From assembly GCA_965237905.1 (NCBI GenBank), contig OZ250172.1, positions 2,752,001 through 2,816,000 of the forward strand: DNA of 64,000 nucleotides. The letters are read 5' to 3'. Below are positions 32,383 through 40,998 of the stretch, piece by piece. Numbering within the stretch: position 1 is the first letter of the stretch; every line of letters begins with the position of its first letter. Below the pieces are notes generated by a model that searched no databases, was not told the DNA's origin, and saw only the letters and a program-made list of their open reading frames with translations. A program made the translations under genes and the position numbers. Source of the DNA: Nitrospinaceae bacterium (GTDB taxonomy: Bacteria; Nitrospinota; Nitrospinia; Nitrospinales; Nitrospinaceae).

Positions 32383-32886
32383 TTATCGGGCTTTGCGGAC
32401 CATTTTGACTCCCTGGTCCAGGTCACCCAAATCTTTTAGGTTCCAGTAATCTTCACGTTGACCCAAACCAAAGTACCAGGCGTTGTCGAGGTTGAGCTCG
32501 GTGCCGGTCCAAAGGTAATAACTGCCGCCCGAGGCAAACACCTCTGGAAGACCGATGGGATCGCCGTCCTTACTTTCAACCGGACGTTTGGAATCCCATA
32601 ACTGTTGTAACTCGTCCAGAGTTGGCAAACGCCAGTCATTATATCCGGCAAATTTCCCGGCATTTTTACCGTTCACATATTCCAGGGCTTCGTACCAGTT
32701 CATCCCCTTTTTTCCGTCATGATAGGAATCTGTTTTCTGCCACATCAGGCCGGTGAGAGAATCCAAAACGGTTCCCTTGGGGTCAGCTGTGAACCGCGCC
32801 GATTCAGCCCAGGAGGGGGCCACAAGAATCCCTATCAATAATAAGGGGATTAGCCAAAAGCGCCTGAATTTATCTCGAACTCTCAT
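32383..32886 (-). CDS. DUF1566 (Lcl-type) secreted protein
   Basis: GTVLDSLTGLMWQ and GYNDWRLPTLDEL signature; signal peptide. Confidence 0.88.
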   Translation of the reverse strand: MRVRDKFRRFWLIPLLLIGILVAPSWAESARFTADPKGTVLDSLTGLMWQKTDSYHDGKKGMNWYEALEYVNGKNAGKFAGYNDWRLPTLDELQQLWDSKRPVESKDGDPIGLPEVFASGGSYYLWTGTELNLDNAWYFGLGQREDYWNLKDLGDLDQGVKMVRKAR

Positions 32887-32982
32887 AAGAAATAGATTAT
32901 GGTTTGAACACTCATCTTATTATACTAATCGGCAGGCACCAAACCAATTTCTTTTTAACCGGGCATAATTCAAGAAAACCCT

Positions 32983-33735
32983 ATGAAATTAACGGTTTTA
33001 GGCTCCGGCACCGCTGTTCCCGATCTGCAACGCAATTCTGCAGGCTATCTGCTGGAGGAGAACGACCATCGGTTTTTGATCGATTTCGGGTACGGCAATG
33101 TACATCAACTGCTGCGCTTGGGAATCACTTATCATGATATCGACCGGATATTCTTTACCCACCCCCATCCGGATCACATGTGCGATTTGATCCCCTTTTT
33201 GTTTGCGTCTAAATATCCGCTCAATCCCCGAACTCGGAACCTGCCGATCGTGGCGGGGCCGGGTTTCACTGAATATTTTGAGCGAATGATGGAGGCGTTC
33301 AACCATTGGCTGACCCCGGATTCCTATGAAGTGCAGATCACTGAACTGGATGAAGAAACACACGAATTCAATGGGCTGGAAGTGACCACCGGAAAAGTTC
33401 GGCATATTGAAATGAGCCGGGGATTTCGCTTTGCCAATGCTGAAGGAAAGACGGTGGCCTTTTCTGGAGATACCGATTACTGCGCCGGCATTGTGGAGCT
33501 GGGACGCGGGGCCGACCTGTTAATTCTGGAATGTTCCACCCCCGATGATATGAAGGTCGAGAAGCACCTGACCCCTCAACTGTGTGGAAGAATAGCGAGG
33601 GAGGCCGGGTGCCGCACTCTTTTACTATCCCACTTTTATCCCCCTTGCGAGATGTCCTCAGTGTTGGAGATCTGCCAACGGGAGTTTTCCGGGGAAATCA
33701 TTCTCGCCGATGATTTGACCACTGTTGATTTTTAA
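32983..33735 (+). CDS. RNase Z-like metallo-beta-lactamase-fold hydrolase
   Basis: LGSG, THPHPDH, FSGDT, ADLLILEC and LLSHFYP motifs. Confidence 0.88.
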   Translation: MKLTVLGSGTAVPDLQRNSAGYLLEENDHRFLIDFGYGNVHQLLRLGITYHDIDRIFFTHPHPDHMCDLIPFLFASKYPLNPRTRNLPIVAGPGFTEYFERMMEAFNHWLTPDSYEVQITELDEETHEFNGLEVTTGKVRHIEMSRGFRFANAEGKTVAFSGDTDYCAGIVELGRGADLLILECSTPDDMKVEKHLTPQLCGRIAREAGCRTLLLSHFYPPCEMSSVLEICQREFSGEIILADDLTTVDF

Positions 33736-33942
33736 CGAGATACCCCTTTTCTACCCCCTTATCAGGCCTCAAAAATGTCATTTACTGACAGAATTTGTCT
33801 GTTCGCTCTTGCGTAATTATTTTTCTAAGATTCCGACAAATAAAAAAGACAGTTTTTTCTTATTTGTAAAGGATTCAAAATTCACTTGTTACCACCAGGG
33901 AGATGGGGGTAGAGCGGTTTCTGATTCAAAATCTCCCGGTTT

Positions 33943-33958
33943 TGGAATGGCAATTGCT
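33943..33958 (+). promoter_or_regulatory. Sigma-54 promoter 1
   Basis: TGGAATG-GCAA-TTGCT with exact GG/GC spacing; TGTCA-N5-TGACA and TGACA-N5-TGTCT palindromes at 33776-33800. Confidence 0.65.
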
Positions 33959-34002
33959 TTAATTTAGATTAACAGAGAATGAAATAGTTAAAAGGCAACC
34001 GA

Positions 34003-34341
34003 GTGAAACAGACTTTAAAACTTAGTTTGCAGGCAGTAGTTTTGACAGGTCTCACTCTACCGACTTCAGCGTCGGCAGGGGTACTCAGCAAGTTGGAAGC
34101 CCAATGCCTGTGCCTCATGGAGCACGCTACTTTGGGGCAAGTCATCAGTTTAGGTGTGATGCTGACTCTGGTTACGGGAATCATGATGTTGAAGTGGATT
34201 TATCGAGACGAACTGGATCAAGCGGTTTTAAAAGAGAAGTCAGAAGCTGATCATTCAGCTATTCAGACTTTAAAGGAATTGAAAATCGGAGCACGGTTCT
34301 CCGATTGGAGTAATTTTCACCGGTTGGCCGGGCAGAAATAA
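34003..34341 (+). CDS. Small membrane protein (signal peptide, CLC motif, one TM)
   Basis: Signal ending SASA and a TM helix; lies directly after a sigma-54 motif. Confidence 0.65.
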   Translation: MKQTLKLSLQAVVLTGLTLPTSASAGVLSKLEAQCLCLMEHATLGQVISLGVMLTLVTGIMMLKWIYRDELDQAVLKEKSEADHSAIQTLKELKIGARFSDWSNFHRLAGQK

Positions 34342-34710
34342 GCGCCCACAAATTTAGCAGCATAAAGTTACCATCTCCCCCGATCCAGCTATTCGGGGAT
34401 GCGGAATTCGAGCGCCGCAAATCCCTGAATAGCTGGCTCACCTTTTTCTACCAAAATACCTGAAACCTTGTCAGAAAATACGGATCTCTCGCATAGGCTT
34501 CCTAGTGAGCTTTGACCAGGAAACGTACAATAATTTGTTCAGTCTTGTACCAATTCCGTTCCAAATGTGGTGCAAAAGGAAGCAATGGATCGCATGCTGG
34601 AATATTCGAAAGAAATACCCGCTTTTTTGTACAACGACAATCTTTTATTTTTCAATTAGTTGAAATGTAGTTTAGATTTTTATAAGGAATGCCGATGAAA
34701 TAATACACTT

Positions 34711-34726
34711 TGGAATATATATTGCT
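34711..34726 (+). promoter_or_regulatory. Sigma-54 promoter 2
   Basis: TGGAATA-TATA-TTGCT with exact spacing; IHF-like TTTCAATTAGTTG near 34650-34662. Confidence 0.6.
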
Positions 34727-34736
34727 TATAAAAGAG

Positions 34737-34890
34737 TGTTGTATCCGAATAGTTTCATTCAGTTTTCAATGTTTTGCCAAGGACATTATGGGGGAACTGA
34801 TTTTCCTTATTGGCAAGTTTTCCTCCAAGTAACTTGCCAGATTGGGTGCCGGAGTATGCGTTCAGCAGGCCGCATACTCCGGTTGCCTTT
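34737..34890 (+). ncRNA. Candidate sigma-54-dependent small RNA
   Basis: Follows promoter 2. Hairpin TGGCAAGTT/AACTTGCCA (34811-34839) has TTCCTCC in its loop; a 12-bp hairpin CCGGAGTATGCG/CGCATACTCCGG (34849-34882) follows. No convincing ORF. Confidence 0.4.
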
Positions 34891-35238
34891 ACTAGTAGAT
34901 GTGCCTCGATCAAAGTGGTTTGCCATACTCCCCGATCAATCTTATAGACAACGTTTTTTAAATCCAATCTCCTGAAACATAGGCCAGAGAATTCACACCC
35001 ACACGGGCGGGATTCATTCGCTCATCTTCCGTCTGCGGAAATTCAATTAAGTGACTGGACTTGTTTCTATTCTGACAATTTCTGTCAGCAATCGCATCGC
35101 ACCTCTCCAAAGTTTTACCCCTGTTCAAATATCCCATAAAATTGACATTCACTCTTCATCGACGGGGCATAAAAAATACAAGAACTTATCTAACACACAC
35201 CTTTACACCAAATGTAGTTATATATTTTTCAATGATTT

Positions 35239-35254
35239 AGGAACGTGACTTGCT
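35239..35254 (+). promoter_or_regulatory. Sigma-54 promoter 3
   Basis: AGGAACG-TGAC-TTGCT with exact spacing; shares TTGCTTATAAAAG with promoter 2; CTGACA-N5-TGTCAG palindrome at 35072-35088. Confidence 0.55.
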
Positions 35255-35306
35255 TATAAAAGGATAGAATCGTTATAGCCCGATTTGAGGCTATGGAGGG
35301 TAAGTC

Positions 35307-35549
35307 ATGAATGTTTTGTGGATAGGATTGAGTATATTTACTGTTATTTTAGTCACCTTCTTTATCGTGATGGCAATAACAAAAGGGGCTTCCTTTTTGT
35401 TCAAAAAAGGACATAGTGAGGGTCCATTGCGTTCGGAGTGGGTAGCCGCGCAGGTTTACTCGGGAGATGATTCGCTGCATCATCCTGATCTCAAAAAAAT
35501 GGCCGAGTTGCAGGATGATGAGCTGGTAGGGGGAACAGAGAATATCTAA
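35307..35549 (+). CDS. Small single-pass membrane protein
   Basis: SD GGAGG, N-terminal TM helix, acidic tail, hairpin after the stop. Confidence 0.7.
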   Translation: MNVLWIGLSIFTVILVTFFIVMAITKGASFLFKKGHSEGPLRSEWVAAQVYSGDDSLHHPDLKKMAELQDDELVGGTENI

Positions 35550-35830
35550 CAACGGAGGCATCGTGAGCTTCCGTTGATATTGGAGGGAGGGAGAGGGCCT
35601 CCCTTCTTATATAATAGATGGTCGGGAATAAGGAGCCCCCGACCCAATGAATGATAGTGGTCACGCCGAATAAACCAAGGCGCTTGGCGCCTTCTTCCTG
35701 ACTGTCTGGAAGGACGTAGCTACCAGCCTCCCTCCAGACGGTTGGGCCTCTTGTCCATTCCTTCCTAATTACGATCTAAAATATAATAGGGAACGTTTAA
35801 GGAGCAAAAATCCGTTAGTATCCATCCGGA

Positions 35831-35977
35831 TTATTCCTCGTTCTTTTTCCGCTTTTGGTAAGCATCGACGATCACCGTCATCAGTTTGAACACCCCCAGA
35901 GAGATGAACATACCGAAAAGCAATTGCAGTAACGGCGGCAGTTCGTTGGCAAACCAGTTATAAAGTTCTTCCATCAT
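35831..35977 (-). CDS. 48-aa single-pass membrane protein (below the ORF-track cutoff)
   Basis: MMEELYNWFANELPPLLQLLFGMFISLGVFKLMTVIVDAYQKRKKNEE*, starting 18 nt after the co-oriented NifU_N gene. Confidence 0.65.
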   Translation of the reverse strand: MMEELYNWFANELPPLLQLLFGMFISLGVFKLMTVIVDAYQKRKKNEE

Positions 35978-35995
35978 TGATTGGTGGGGGTTGGC

Positions 35996-36265
35996 TCAGT
36001 CAAAGGACGCCTGAATGGCTTCGACGGCGGCGGATTGCAGATTGTCCCAACTTACTTCAGGTTTTTTAGTGACGGTAATGAAATCTGCCATCAGAAACAC
36101 GCTGGCCACGCCTTCTAGGCCGAACAGCGCTTTCGCAACCGGCGATTCTTCCGCCGCTTCGGCATTGGCATAGGTTTTGTGGCCGGATTCAATGGCCGGT
36201 CGATCGATGGTAAACTTGAGGGCGTGCTCGTTGGGGCTGGTGCTCACTTGAACGTTTACGGCCAT
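35996..36265 (-). CDS. NifU N-terminal-domain (Nfu_N) protein
   Basis: SPNEHALKF, SPVAKALF...GVASVF...DFITVTK...W. Confidence 0.88.
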   Translation of the reverse strand: MAVNVQVSTSPNEHALKFTIDRPAIESGHKTYANAEAAEESPVAKALFGLEGVASVFLMADFITVTKKPEVSWDNLQSAAVEAIQASFD

Positions 36266-36333
36266 TCGGTTTTCTCCTCACAATTGAATAAACCCGTTCC
36301 TCACGGGTTTAAAACTTTACGATAACTAATAAT

Positions 36334-37515
36334 TTAAGCCGGGCGAAAAATACCAAACGAACTGGTATAACCGTGCAAAAATGTGGTTTGTCCCACCGGT
36401 CCGATTTCGCCATTGCAGAAAAACCCGCCCAGCGGGATGTCTCCTATCTTGGTTCTGAACATGTCGGAGTCGTGGTTGGGTTGCCCGTACAGGTATTCAC
36501 CCCGTCCCAGGCAGGAGAACAGCAGTGCCCCCTTGGCATCCCGCCAACCATCCTTACTCTGGTACCGGGACAACATCACCTTTAAATCTTCGGACGACAT
36601 GACTTTGTCGCGTAGATGGAATTGCACCAACTGTCCTTCTCTCAGCGGTGCGCCAATCGTTAAGGAACCCGTTTCCTGGTCCACGCCCATCAGGTTGCGG
36701 ATGAGGAAATCCCCCTGGCCCGGATCTTCTTTCATCGGGTCCATTTCGATTCCCAGAAAAAGGGAAGTTCGCAACAGTCCGCGGTCGTACTCGCTCAAGG
36801 ATTCGACCATTGCCTCCAGCTTTTCCAATGGGAGTTGACCGTCGACTCCCAACAGTTGGTATTGGTCGCATTGGGTGATGTTCATCGGCTTGCCGATGGG
36901 CCGACAACCTTGGGCGACGATGGTATCCAAGTGAAGATTGCCGGAGAGCGCGACCCCGATCAAGCCTCCATTATAAATCTTATCGTCCAGGTACAACGCG
37001 TTTCCCCCCTGAGCCTGGGCGCCGCTGGCCAGACCGCCTATTTTCGCAGAACGGGAATAGGCGAAATCCATCCCCGCCAGAAACTCTTCCGCCCGGAACG
37101 AAAACGGGTCCGCTAATACGATGAAGTTTGGGTTCTTCGCCGCGTCTACCCCCAGCCATTTCTGCCACACCGAGGGCGCGGTATCCGGGTCGGGCAGATC
37201 CAGGGTGTCCGTCTGAATCGTCTGCAGTTCCACCCCGGGCAGGTGCGCTGCCGTCAAACTGAAGGCGGGTTTCTGCTCGATTTCCTTGCCGCCGCCGATA
37301 ATGCCGCCGCCGGAACACCCCAACAGCAACCCGACCGGCATGCGGTCCCTCAACAACTGCGGGATTGCCCGGTACTGGGTGCGAAAATGCGGCGATACGA
37401 AAATGACGGTCAAGTCGGCATCTCTGCCGGCCAATTGCTGAGTCACACTCGCCACCGCTTCCTCCACACACGCTTCAATCGTGTCCTGGGTGGATATGCA
37501 CGAAGCCCACTTCAT
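36334..37515 (-). CDS. FIST-domain signal-transduction protein
   Basis: GCSGGGIIG, GGLASG, VAQGCRPIG, FSCLGRG and GFFCNGEIGP motifs. Confidence 0.9.
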   Translation of the reverse strand: MKWASCISTQDTIEACVEEAVASVTQQLAGRDADLTVIFVSPHFRTQYRAIPQLLRDRMPVGLLLGCSGGGIIGGGKEIEQKPAFSLTAAHLPGVELQTIQTDTLDLPDPDTAPSVWQKWLGVDAAKNPNFIVLADPFSFRAEEFLAGMDFAYSRSAKIGGLASGAQAQGGNALYLDDKIYNGGLIGVALSGNLHLDTIVAQGCRPIGKPMNITQCDQYQLLGVDGQLPLEKLEAMVESLSEYDRGLLRTSLFLGIEMDPMKEDPGQGDFLIRNLMGVDQETGSLTIGAPLREGQLVQFHLRDKVMSSEDLKVMLSRYQSKDGWRDAKGALLFSCLGRGEYLYGQPNHDSDMFRTKIGDIPLGGFFCNGEIGPVGQTTFLHGYTSSFGIFRPA

Positions 37516-37562
37516 CCATGTCTCCTATGGTTTAAATTTTGAATCCTGTGCATTAGATGCAC

Positions 37563-39014
37563 TCAACCGGTACCGGATTGGCTTAATTCCGCCTCCAGGC
37601 CCAGAAATCCGAGCGCGGCTTCGGCATTCTCTGTGCCGTTCTTCACGCAATCGGGAATCCCGATTCCCTTGTAGGCCGATCCTGCCAAGTAAAGCCCTTT
37701 ATAATCAGCCAGCTCTTTTTCGATCTCCGATACCAGCTGGGGATGGTGTACCCGGTATTGCACATTACCCTTTTTATATTGAAACACCTCGCAAAACAAG
37801 GGTTCTTCTTCAACGCCCATGATATCCCGCAATTCCTCACTCACCTGTTGTTTGATCGTCTGAGCATCCTGCTCGGCCAAGTGTTCATTGACCGCCCCGC
37901 CGACGAAGGCACGGAGCAGAACGCGGTCGTCCGGCGCGCGGCCGGGAAACTTCGACGACACCCAGGTGCAGGCGGTGATCTTCCGGTTTTCGATGTGCGG
38001 CACCACGAACCCGAATCCCCGCAAGGGATGCGCGAAGCGATTGCGGTCGAATCCCAGCACCACCGCTGCAGTGGAGACGTAGGGAATCTGGTTCAGTCGT
38101 GCGGTGATACCCGGTGCCCAGTCTGCCATCAACCGCGCCGTTAGGTTAGCCGGGGTAGACAGGATCACCGTGTCCGCTTCCAACTCTTCGCCCGATTTCA
38201 GCCGGACCTGCCAGCCTTTGCCATTTTTGCCGAGGGCATCCACCTGTGCGTTGTTACGGAACTGAATATCGGGTGACTGCTCGATCAACGTTTCCACGAT
38301 TTCGCTCAACCCGTTTTTCATCGTCAGGAAAAACGAGAACGGTTTGTAGCCTTTTTGAGCTGGGGGAGAAGGCGCGGCGGCACGTTTTCGTTTCTGGGCC
38401 AGCATGCCGAGGACGAGTGAGCGGTATTTCTTCTCCACCTGCGCGAACATGGGAAAAGAGGCGTTGAGGCTCATCGCTTCCGGGTCGCTGGCGTAGATGC
38501 CGGACATTAATGGCTGTGCCATGCGCTCCAGAGCCTCGGTGCCCAGCCGCCGCCGCACGAACGAGGCCAGGCTTTCGTCCGAATTGCCGTGCCGCCTCGG
38601 GAGAAACAGGTCCAATCCCATGCGAATCTTGCCCGGCCAGCTGAACAGCCGCGTGGTGACAAACGGCATGAATTTGGTGGGCACCATCAGGCTCAACCCG
38701 TCTGGAATGGTGACCATTTTGTTGTTGAGGTAGACGAACGTTTTAGGATGGTCGGTCTTCGTGCCCATCAGGTGGCCGTCGATGCCGAGCTTCTTGCACA
38801 ACTCAACCACCGCCGGTTTTTGGGAGATGAAAGAGTCCGGCCCGCGCTCTAGGATAAATCCGTCGCGGCGGATCGTGTGGATTTTACCGCCGAAGCGGTC
38901 CGATCCCTCCAGCACGGTGCAGGACACTTGAGCGTTGTGGCTGATTCCTTGCTGGATGCGGTACGCCGCCGCCAGCCCGGCAATGCCGCCGCCAATGATA
39001 ATAACTTTCTTCAT
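37563..39014 (-). CDS. hemY: Protoporphyrinogen/coproporphyrinogen oxidase (HemY family)
   Basis: IIGGGIAGLAAA, GGKI, ERGPDSF, SGIYA and GIGIPDCV motifs. Confidence 0.9.
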   Translation of the reverse strand: MKKVIIIGGGIAGLAAAYRIQQGISHNAQVSCTVLEGSDRFGGKIHTIRRDGFILERGPDSFISQKPAVVELCKKLGIDGHLMGTKTDHPKTFVYLNNKMVTIPDGLSLMVPTKFMPFVTTRLFSWPGKIRMGLDLFLPRRHGNSDESLASFVRRRLGTEALERMAQPLMSGIYASDPEAMSLNASFPMFAQVEKKYRSLVLGMLAQKRKRAAAPSPPAQKGYKPFSFFLTMKNGLSEIVETLIEQSPDIQFRNNAQVDALGKNGKGWQVRLKSGEELEADTVILSTPANLTARLMADWAPGITARLNQIPYVSTAAVVLGFDRNRFAHPLRGFGFVVPHIENRKITACTWVSSKFPGRAPDDRVLLRAFVGGAVNEHLAEQDAQTIKQQVSEELRDIMGVEEEPLFCEVFQYKKGNVQYRVHHPQLVSEIEKELADYKGLYLAGSAYKGIGIPDCVKNGTENAEAALGFLGLEAELSQSGTG

Positions 39015-39154
39015 CCGCGCATTATGACAGGTTCCCGCACCTGCCGCAAACCTGGAAAACTCACCATAGAGGGCGCAGAAAAACCAGAAAATCAGACCGG
39101 ATCACAGGATAAAATCAGAAAAACCCGGAACAGGGTGAATGGGAGAAGGTTGGG

Positions 39155-39220
39155 CCCCTCTTGTAAAGAGGGGCTGGGGGTGGTTGATAATCTCCCCCTT
39201 GTAAAGGGGGCCGGGGGGAT
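39155..39220. repeat. Two tandem REP-like palindromic units
   Basis: CCCCTCTTGTAAAGAGGGGCTGGGGG and CCCCCTTGTAAAGGGGGCCGGGGGG, each a hairpin plus a G-rich tail. Confidence 0.7.
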
Positions 39221-39337
39221 TCTTCCTTCTGCTTTTGTATCTGCTCGATTTATCGAGCAGGGGATTGGGATGGGTTATAATAGATGTATTGATTTTCAGA
39301 TCAAAAACCTGTTAAATATCCCGTTTCCAACCGATAC

Positions 39338-39413
<76 letters not shown>

Positions 39414-39444
39414 GTTTTCAAAAGCTTACAGCAGGAACTGAAAA

Positions 39445-39840
39445 ATGAGCAAGGTTAGCGAGTACATGAGCACCACCCTCTATACCACCACCCCGGATCA
39501 ATACGCCCATAAGGCCATCGATGAGATGTATAAGCACAAAGTGAACGCGCTTCTGGTGAAGGAAGATGAAGACTACGTCGGAATCTTCACCAAGACCGAT
39601 TGGATGATCCTGGCGTTAAAAGGAGAGTGCGACATTAAATCCGTCAAGGTATCCGCCCTGATGACGGACATTAAAAGCCGCATTGATAAAAACCAGACGA
39701 TTGCCCAAGCGAGCGCCCTCATCGAAAAAAGGAAAGTGCGTCATCTTCCTGTGACCGACAACGAAAAAATTGTGGGGATGTTTTCCGTCAAAGACATGGA
39801 ACGCTATTATCTGGGCCTGCACAAGAAAACGGATTTTTAA
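39445..39840 (+). CDS. CBS-domain protein
   Basis: Two CBS repeats (VSEYM...VGIFTKTD; VSALM...RHLPV...VGMFSVKD). Confidence 0.9.
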   Translation: MSKVSEYMSTTLYTTTPDQYAHKAIDEMYKHKVNALLVKEDEDYVGIFTKTDWMILALKGECDIKSVKVSALMTDIKSRIDKNQTIAQASALIEKRKVRHLPVTDNEKIVGMFSVKDMERYYLGLHKKTDF

Positions 39841-39901
39841 CAAAACGGTTTTAACGTTCTGTTATGACCCCTCCTGCTTTCTCCCTCCGTTCCTATTCAT
39901 T

Positions 39902-39949
39902 TGATTCGTAATCAATAGGTCGGCAGTTCAATTCCGCTCAGTGGCTCCA
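39902..39949 (+). repeat. Degenerate 3' copy of tRNA-Thr (att-like scar)
   Basis: 42/48 nt identical to 39366-39413, running from the anticodon arm to CCA. Confidence 0.9.
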
Positions 39950-39967
39950 TTTAAGTTTTCTGAGGAT

Positions 39968-40588
39968 TTAATCCTTGAAAAATGCTTCCAACAGTTTTTT
40001 GGCGTCGCCCTGAATGGGTTCTCCATCACCCAGGAGCAGATCATCAAAATTACAGGATTGAAGAATTTTTAAAGCCTCTTTGGCTTTATGAATGTCCTTG
40101 TATTTGTCCGGCGGCAGGAGGTTGAGCTTTCCCGGTATTTTTCCGATCAAAGCATCCCCTACAAACAGTTGTTTCTGCTCTTCCAGCAGGAAGGCCGATT
40201 CCCCCGGCGATTTCTGGTCTTTCAGATGAATCACTTTCAAGCCGCAAAATAACAGTTCATCGTCTTTGAACGTATGATCGGGAGTGAACTCCAATAAATC
40301 CTTGTCGTTTTCATGGATATAAATCGGGATATCGAACGTCTCTTTGAACTTGAGGCTGGCTCGGTCGTGGTGAACGTTGGTTAGCAGAATGGCTTTCAAC
40401 GGACTGCCGGCATGGTCGGCTACCCGTTGCTTCAATTCACTCATGCCGTCATTGCTTAAATCGGGCGGATCGATAATGACCGATTCCTTCCGGTTGACCA
40501 GATAATAACCGTTGAAGTTCAACTGCTTTTCATCGGAGAACTCCGACCAACGAAACAGATTTGGATTCAATTCCTGTATAGAGGACAT
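39968..40588 (-). CDS. Metallo-beta-lactamase-fold protein
   Basis: IIDPP, LTNVHHDR, KSPGE and FVGDAL motifs. Confidence 0.8.
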   Translation of the reverse strand: MSSIQELNPNLFRWSEFSDEKQLNFNGYYLVNRKESVIIDPPDLSNDGMSELKQRVADHAGSPLKAILLTNVHHDRASLKFKETFDIPIYIHENDKDLLEFTPDHTFKDDELLFCGLKVIHLKDQKSPGESAFLLEEQKQLFVGDALIGKIPGKLNLLPPDKYKDIHKAKEALKILQSCNFDDLLLGDGEPIQGDAKKLLEAFFKD

Positions 40589-40643
40589 AGCGACTCCGTA
40601 AAAAAATAGTTATCCATAAAAGTTTTATTTCCCTAAGTTAATA

Positions 40644-40943
40644 CTATTTTTCACGTGCGAATAAATAAGCAGGTAAAGCGCAGCTCAACCCAATAACAAG
40701 ATTCAAGGCAATAAACAAATATGGTTTTGGGCCGTTTGACTCTTTGACTTGCTGAAACATGAAAAGCCAAAAAATAAATGATGTGAGCAAAAGATCTGCG
40801 CTGAACCCGCCTGCAGCTCCATTGACAAAGAGCGCAGAAATAAATGCGGGAATGTTAAGCCCCTCAACCTGAATAAACTGAAAGAAGAATAGGTAAGGAA
40901 CAATAGCGCCAACAACAGATAGCAACAGATATATTTTTTTCAT
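40644..40943 (-). CDS. DUF2834-like membrane protein
   Basis: GAIVPY..F...N.AA.GF..DL...IGLSCALP.YL..RE pattern; SD AGGAGG. Confidence 0.75.
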   Translation of the reverse strand: MKKIYLLLSVVGAIVPYLFFFQFIQVEGLNIPAFISALFVNGAAGGFSADLLLTSFIFWLFMFQQVKESNGPKPYLFIALNLVIGLSCALPAYLFAREK

Positions 40944-40998
40944 TCAATAACCTCCTGAATTCCAGCGGTTCCCCTGCTTCTCCATCACCTCTGATAAT

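Noticed and set aside
34736..35248. Short ORFs 34736-34975, 34755-34967, 34958-35152 and 35051-35248
   Set aside because: They overlap each other, lack clear SDs or motifs, and coincide with promoter and hairpin elements.
39902..39949. Second functional tRNA-Thr
   Set aside because: It lacks the 5' acceptor strand and D-arm, and the T-arm is mutated.
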